Below, one piece after another: positions 59,699-64,000 of a DNA stretch of 64,000 bases (its first letter is position 1; each line of letters starts with the position of its first letter). The notes below the pieces were generated by a model. That model was not told the origin of the DNA, did not search any database, and saw only the letters and a list, made by a program, of their open reading frames with translations. The translations under genes and the position numbers were made by a program. This DNA is from Antedon mediterranea. Taxonomy: Eukaryota; Animalia; Echinodermata. The DNA lies in contig NC_092678.1 of assembly GCF_964355755.1 (NCBI RefSeq), positions 2,248,422 through 2,312,421 on the forward strand, written 5' to 3'.

Positions 59699-62600
59699 GC
59701 ACCATGGACCCACTACTGTGTGAATCACAACCGTAAATTAGAATATCATCAGTTAAAAAACGTTCAAGTTTAAAGCCAATGGCTTATGTTTAAATTAGAC
59801 AATATCTTGCTCTATAATCAGTCCCTTGATGCAAATCACAATTTCTATTTAAAGAAAACTATAAAAAGTTGTTTACAGGTTTTAAAAGTAAACTGTTTTA
59901 TAGTTGACCAGGTATTCTACACAACAAAACAGTAATCTCAGGGGCTTGTTTACTGGAGAGTAATGTAGTGTCTGGTGTATTGATGAGAGTTGATTGATGG
60001 ATGAGATGCAGAGATAGTAGATACTAGGTCCCTGGTGAGGTGACATTGATCAGTAAACAAAGTAGTACTTCCACTTCTAATCTCTAGACTCAACAACAAA
60101 CAAGACATGTTTTATATAATGGGAAATTTACTTTGCTTGATAGCTTCATTTAAAATGCGACTTGTAGCCAAGTTGGTCGCCTTTAAATGCAGGACACCTG
60201 GTCCTGTTAAACAGACATTCTGCGCATGTAATTCTATGAATGTGTGCAGAATGACTTTCTGACTTGACAGACCAACATGAATTGTGTTTAGACACATGAA
60301 TTGTGTTTTTTCGTAATGTGTAGGTCTTGATATATCCATAATTATTGTTTTACTGTACCAGGGGTTTCCCATAATTTTAGGACGCCAAATAATAACTCCG
60401 ACATAATCCAAGTAATGCGAAAGATAGGACACCAGCTCAGCCCTTCATTCCACAATTTTTAGGCCCTTGGTGCGCCCACGCCCCACCCCACCTATTTCAA
60501 AATCCTGGATCCGCCACTGTATGTACGTGTACATTGTAAAAAGGACTAGCATGTGTAGACTTTTAAAAACATGTCAACAAGTTTCAGGTAGTAGGGCTTC
60601 TACCCTAAGAAATATTGTGATATTGTCTTGCACATTTTCTAAAAATAAAATAATATAAATAAACCTATAAACTGGTATCTAGTAACCCAAACATTCCTCC
60701 TCATTCTAATAATATAAACAGCAATATTTTGCACATGAAATTTGTATTCAGGATTTAACCAGTAAACACTGTATAAACAAAGCCCAAGGGTAGTAGTTAT
60801 TAAAACAGGGAATAAGGTAAACATGTATAATAAACACCAATAAATAATAGGCTAGTAGAAAAATAAACAATGTGAAAGCTATTAAACATTGCTGCATTCA
60901 AACCATTGTAAAACATAAGAAATTTCAATAGATATATTTTTTGTTAATACAGTACTACTGCAACTTCAGTTTAAAATACATGGACAATTTTTACTTTTCA
61001 ATTTTTTAAAAAATACCATAAAAATTGTGCATGCATTTTAAACTGCAATGTATTAACAGATTTTCTTATTTTGATTTTTATATGAATTAGACCAATAAAA
61101 GATGAATTGAATTAATACTATATGTAATCAATATCTACATTAGTTTGACAGGCCCCCTCTACAGTAGGTTGTAGAAAACAATAAACGTGATTATCAATTG
61201 AATTTCCGTTGTTGGCTACTTTTAAGTCAAGCTCAGACAACTTTAACAATACAGCATTTTATAGTGAAAACATTTTCCTCTGGTTTTGATTAGTATATTA
61301 CAGTAGTTTATTGATGTCTTAAAACGTAAATTAAATTTATACTGGTTTACAATTATATTATTTTGATGCATAGTTATCTAAACAAGAGTTAAACAACAGC
61401 AGTCCATCACATCGTTGATCTAATTAAGTCTCATTCTCAATAATGTTCTCACTTTGAGTAGCAAACAATTTATGTTACCATGGTGATGATGATGGGTGAA
61501 GCAGATGTTTACAGGGGCCAACAAACAACACAGTGTCGCTTTATTGATTTCTAGCCAAGCAAATAAACAAAGACTGTAAATTGCTGATAGCTAGAGGATT
61601 CAATGATAACAATTTAGTAGCAAATATAAACAACGCAAAAAGCAGAGCCATTTTAATTCTGTCACTGCCTCCTGATTGTGTTACCAAATGCGGCGGCTGA
61701 CACACTTTCCAAAAAATATAACAAACTTTTAGTACAGTGTATTGTATTTGCTATACAAAACAAAAAACTATAGTCGGTAGATAACATACAGTGCTATAGG
61801 CTCAGAAATATAAAGTATTCAAGCTGATCTACATTACTGTTTAAATACTACTGTAAATAAAAACGAAATTGGTGCATTCAAGATTTTGACGTACTGTAGG
61901 GCGCTGTGGCCTTAAAATTTAAAAAATCATTAAAAATTAAGTGAATACAAGTTTTAAAAGCTTCTATCCAACCTTGTACAGTAATGGCCACTAGGGCACA
62001 ATGCAAAAACGCAATAAGTTGACCAATTACAAGTGGATTATACTTGTTGCCATTGGCTTGTATTGCGCTTATGTTCTTGCGTTGCAAACTAGTAAGAACC
62101 AAGCTTAACGCTTATTTTAAGGTCTTACATGGCAGGAACTCAAGAAACCTCTGGTACTTTTGCTACTACTGTACATCCCTGCAACTACAGTAGTGATGAT
62201 GAAAAACTAATTTATAAATCATAATGCTAGGTTTTTTCAACACTGCAGATAGATATTATACAACTTACTTTAATAATGCCACATGCAGTACTGTAACCTG
62301 TACAAAGATGTTTATAGTTGCGTCATATACCCACAACTTACAATATTTTTTTGGCAATAATAATACAATACAGAAGCCAACAGCCAATAATCTTTAATTA
62401 CTGAAACATTATAAATCTTAACCGTTTTCTTTGCTATGCAATTTGAACATACAATTTCGTTAAACATCCCGTTCTGATTGAACTGGATGTGCAAAACAAC
62501 AACAGGATCTCGTTTTGCCGTTACAGTCCTTCGAGGCGTATCGTTCACAAACCCCAATCCAATTTCCACCCAAGGCCCACTAGGCGAACTTGCTATTTAC

Positions 62601-64000
62601 TTCATGGAAATAAACACATCCAGGCAAAAAAATCAACTTAAAAAAAACCCTTTCTCTCAAAGGAGTACTTTGAATTTTAATGGCTCAAAAATGAACCATT
62701 TAAAATTAGCAAACTGGGCAAAACTCACATAAACAGCATCATTAACGGAAAAATGCACAACATTAAGTAATGTGATCCTATTTGATAAAATGTTTGAAGA
62801 GAATGACATTGCTGATTATGTGAAAATTAAAAGTCATGTGCAAGATGTAACTTAATCTGGGGCTTAACACTTTGAAGGGTAGTGTGTGACCCTTTGGTGA
62901 ACCTACTGTGCAGGGAATATTAAAACCATTTAACAAATTAAATGAATGTTCTATAATTTTTAAATAGATTCATGGCGGTCTACAGTGAATTTACTGTGTA
63001 TGTCATAGCAATTTCATTATTATATTTTAAATCTAATATGAATATGATATGAATGCTACTGTAGGCCCTAGATCAGTTTTGCCTTGCTTAGTGTATTATA
63101 AATATTATCTAATATTACACTTATTTCTAATAAGCGCAAAATAGATGCACAGTTGTCTATTGTAAGTTCATATTACTTAATAAATGAATGATCTAAGATG
63201 CGATATTTATTGCTAGGCCCTTCACAAATAGGATGACAGCTGTGTAGTCATGCCTTTGTTGTGGAAGCTGGGCATATCAATGAGAAACTCAGCAGTCCAT
63301 CTCACTGGGTAAACACCGTCGACTCACACAACAAACCTTAGGTAAACAAATACTCTTATGTTGCTTTCAATTTTCTACTGCGGATCAATTTCATGCATTA
63401 ATTTCATTTTATCTGCGCTAAATTCAATTGTACACACCTTAGCAGTATGGTCTCATCCACACTTAGTACTTTGAAATATAAATGACAAGAAAACGTCATC
63501 GACATACATATTGTTTAGATGAGATGTTCCCTGTCTATTTGGGTCAAACAAAAAAAAACCTATTTTAGAAAACAAGATTTTTAAAATGGGAGAATACATG
63601 GGTCTATGGTACCAATTACAGTACATTTATAATACCATTTCTGTTAAAATGAATTATTTTAGTAAACAGAAATACTTACTGTGTACGGTAATGTTCTACC
63701 ATACATATACTTACTATAGTTTTATACAAATACTAAGGACCGATTTTAGTACAACACAATACTATTTAACTGGACTGGTTTTATAGAGTACTACTGTAAC
63801 TGCAGTGTACAGTACTGTAGGTGTTGAGAAAGTTTCCGGTTTCGGGAGAGTTGACTGTAGTTGATTATCGATAAATTATGACAATTTGTGTATGCAGAGA
63901 GCAAAGCAGAGAAATGCAATCAATATATGTGTATCCTTTAATTCAATTACTCATCATAACATACTGTACAAGCTAGGTGGTCTATACACTGCAATATTCT

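Noticed and set aside
584-63690. TACGGTA/TACCGTA as Tc2-MITE excision footprints (584, 3616, 9078, 30918, 56977, 58584, 63684)
   Set aside because: The count is close to naive expectation and no paralog indel demonstrates it, so it is suggestive only.

Overview
This is AT-rich eukaryotic (animal) DNA, probably from an invertebrate deuterostome such as an echinoderm (inference). Three spliced genes could be reconstructed by hand with phase-consistent exons. SLC35B4 (minus, 10 coding exons, last intron a U12 AT-AC intron) lies head-to-head with ZNF277 (plus, 8 coding exons), which lies tail-to-tail with a large FoxP gene (minus, 12 coding exons from 52611 to 19761; its 5' UTR exons probably lie further right). 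Introns carry a 5'-truncated CR1-type LINE joined to an unrelated signal-peptide ORF, several MITE families (Tc2/pogo-like, Harbinger-like, CAGT-ended Tc1/mariner-like), tRNA-derived SINEs and many minisatellites. The most unusual signals are four. (1) Pervasive short insertions at TA dinucleotides (TACAGTA/TACTGTA and TAGGCCTA/TAGCTA types), visible directly as indels between repeat copies and resembling DNA-transposon excision footprints. (2) Dense CTAG/AGGCCT tracts just inside promoter-proximal introns. (3) The LINE-fused membrane-protein-like ORF. (4) A minisatellite made from an SLC35B4 exon end plus its splice donor. All coordinates were read by hand and no database searches were run.
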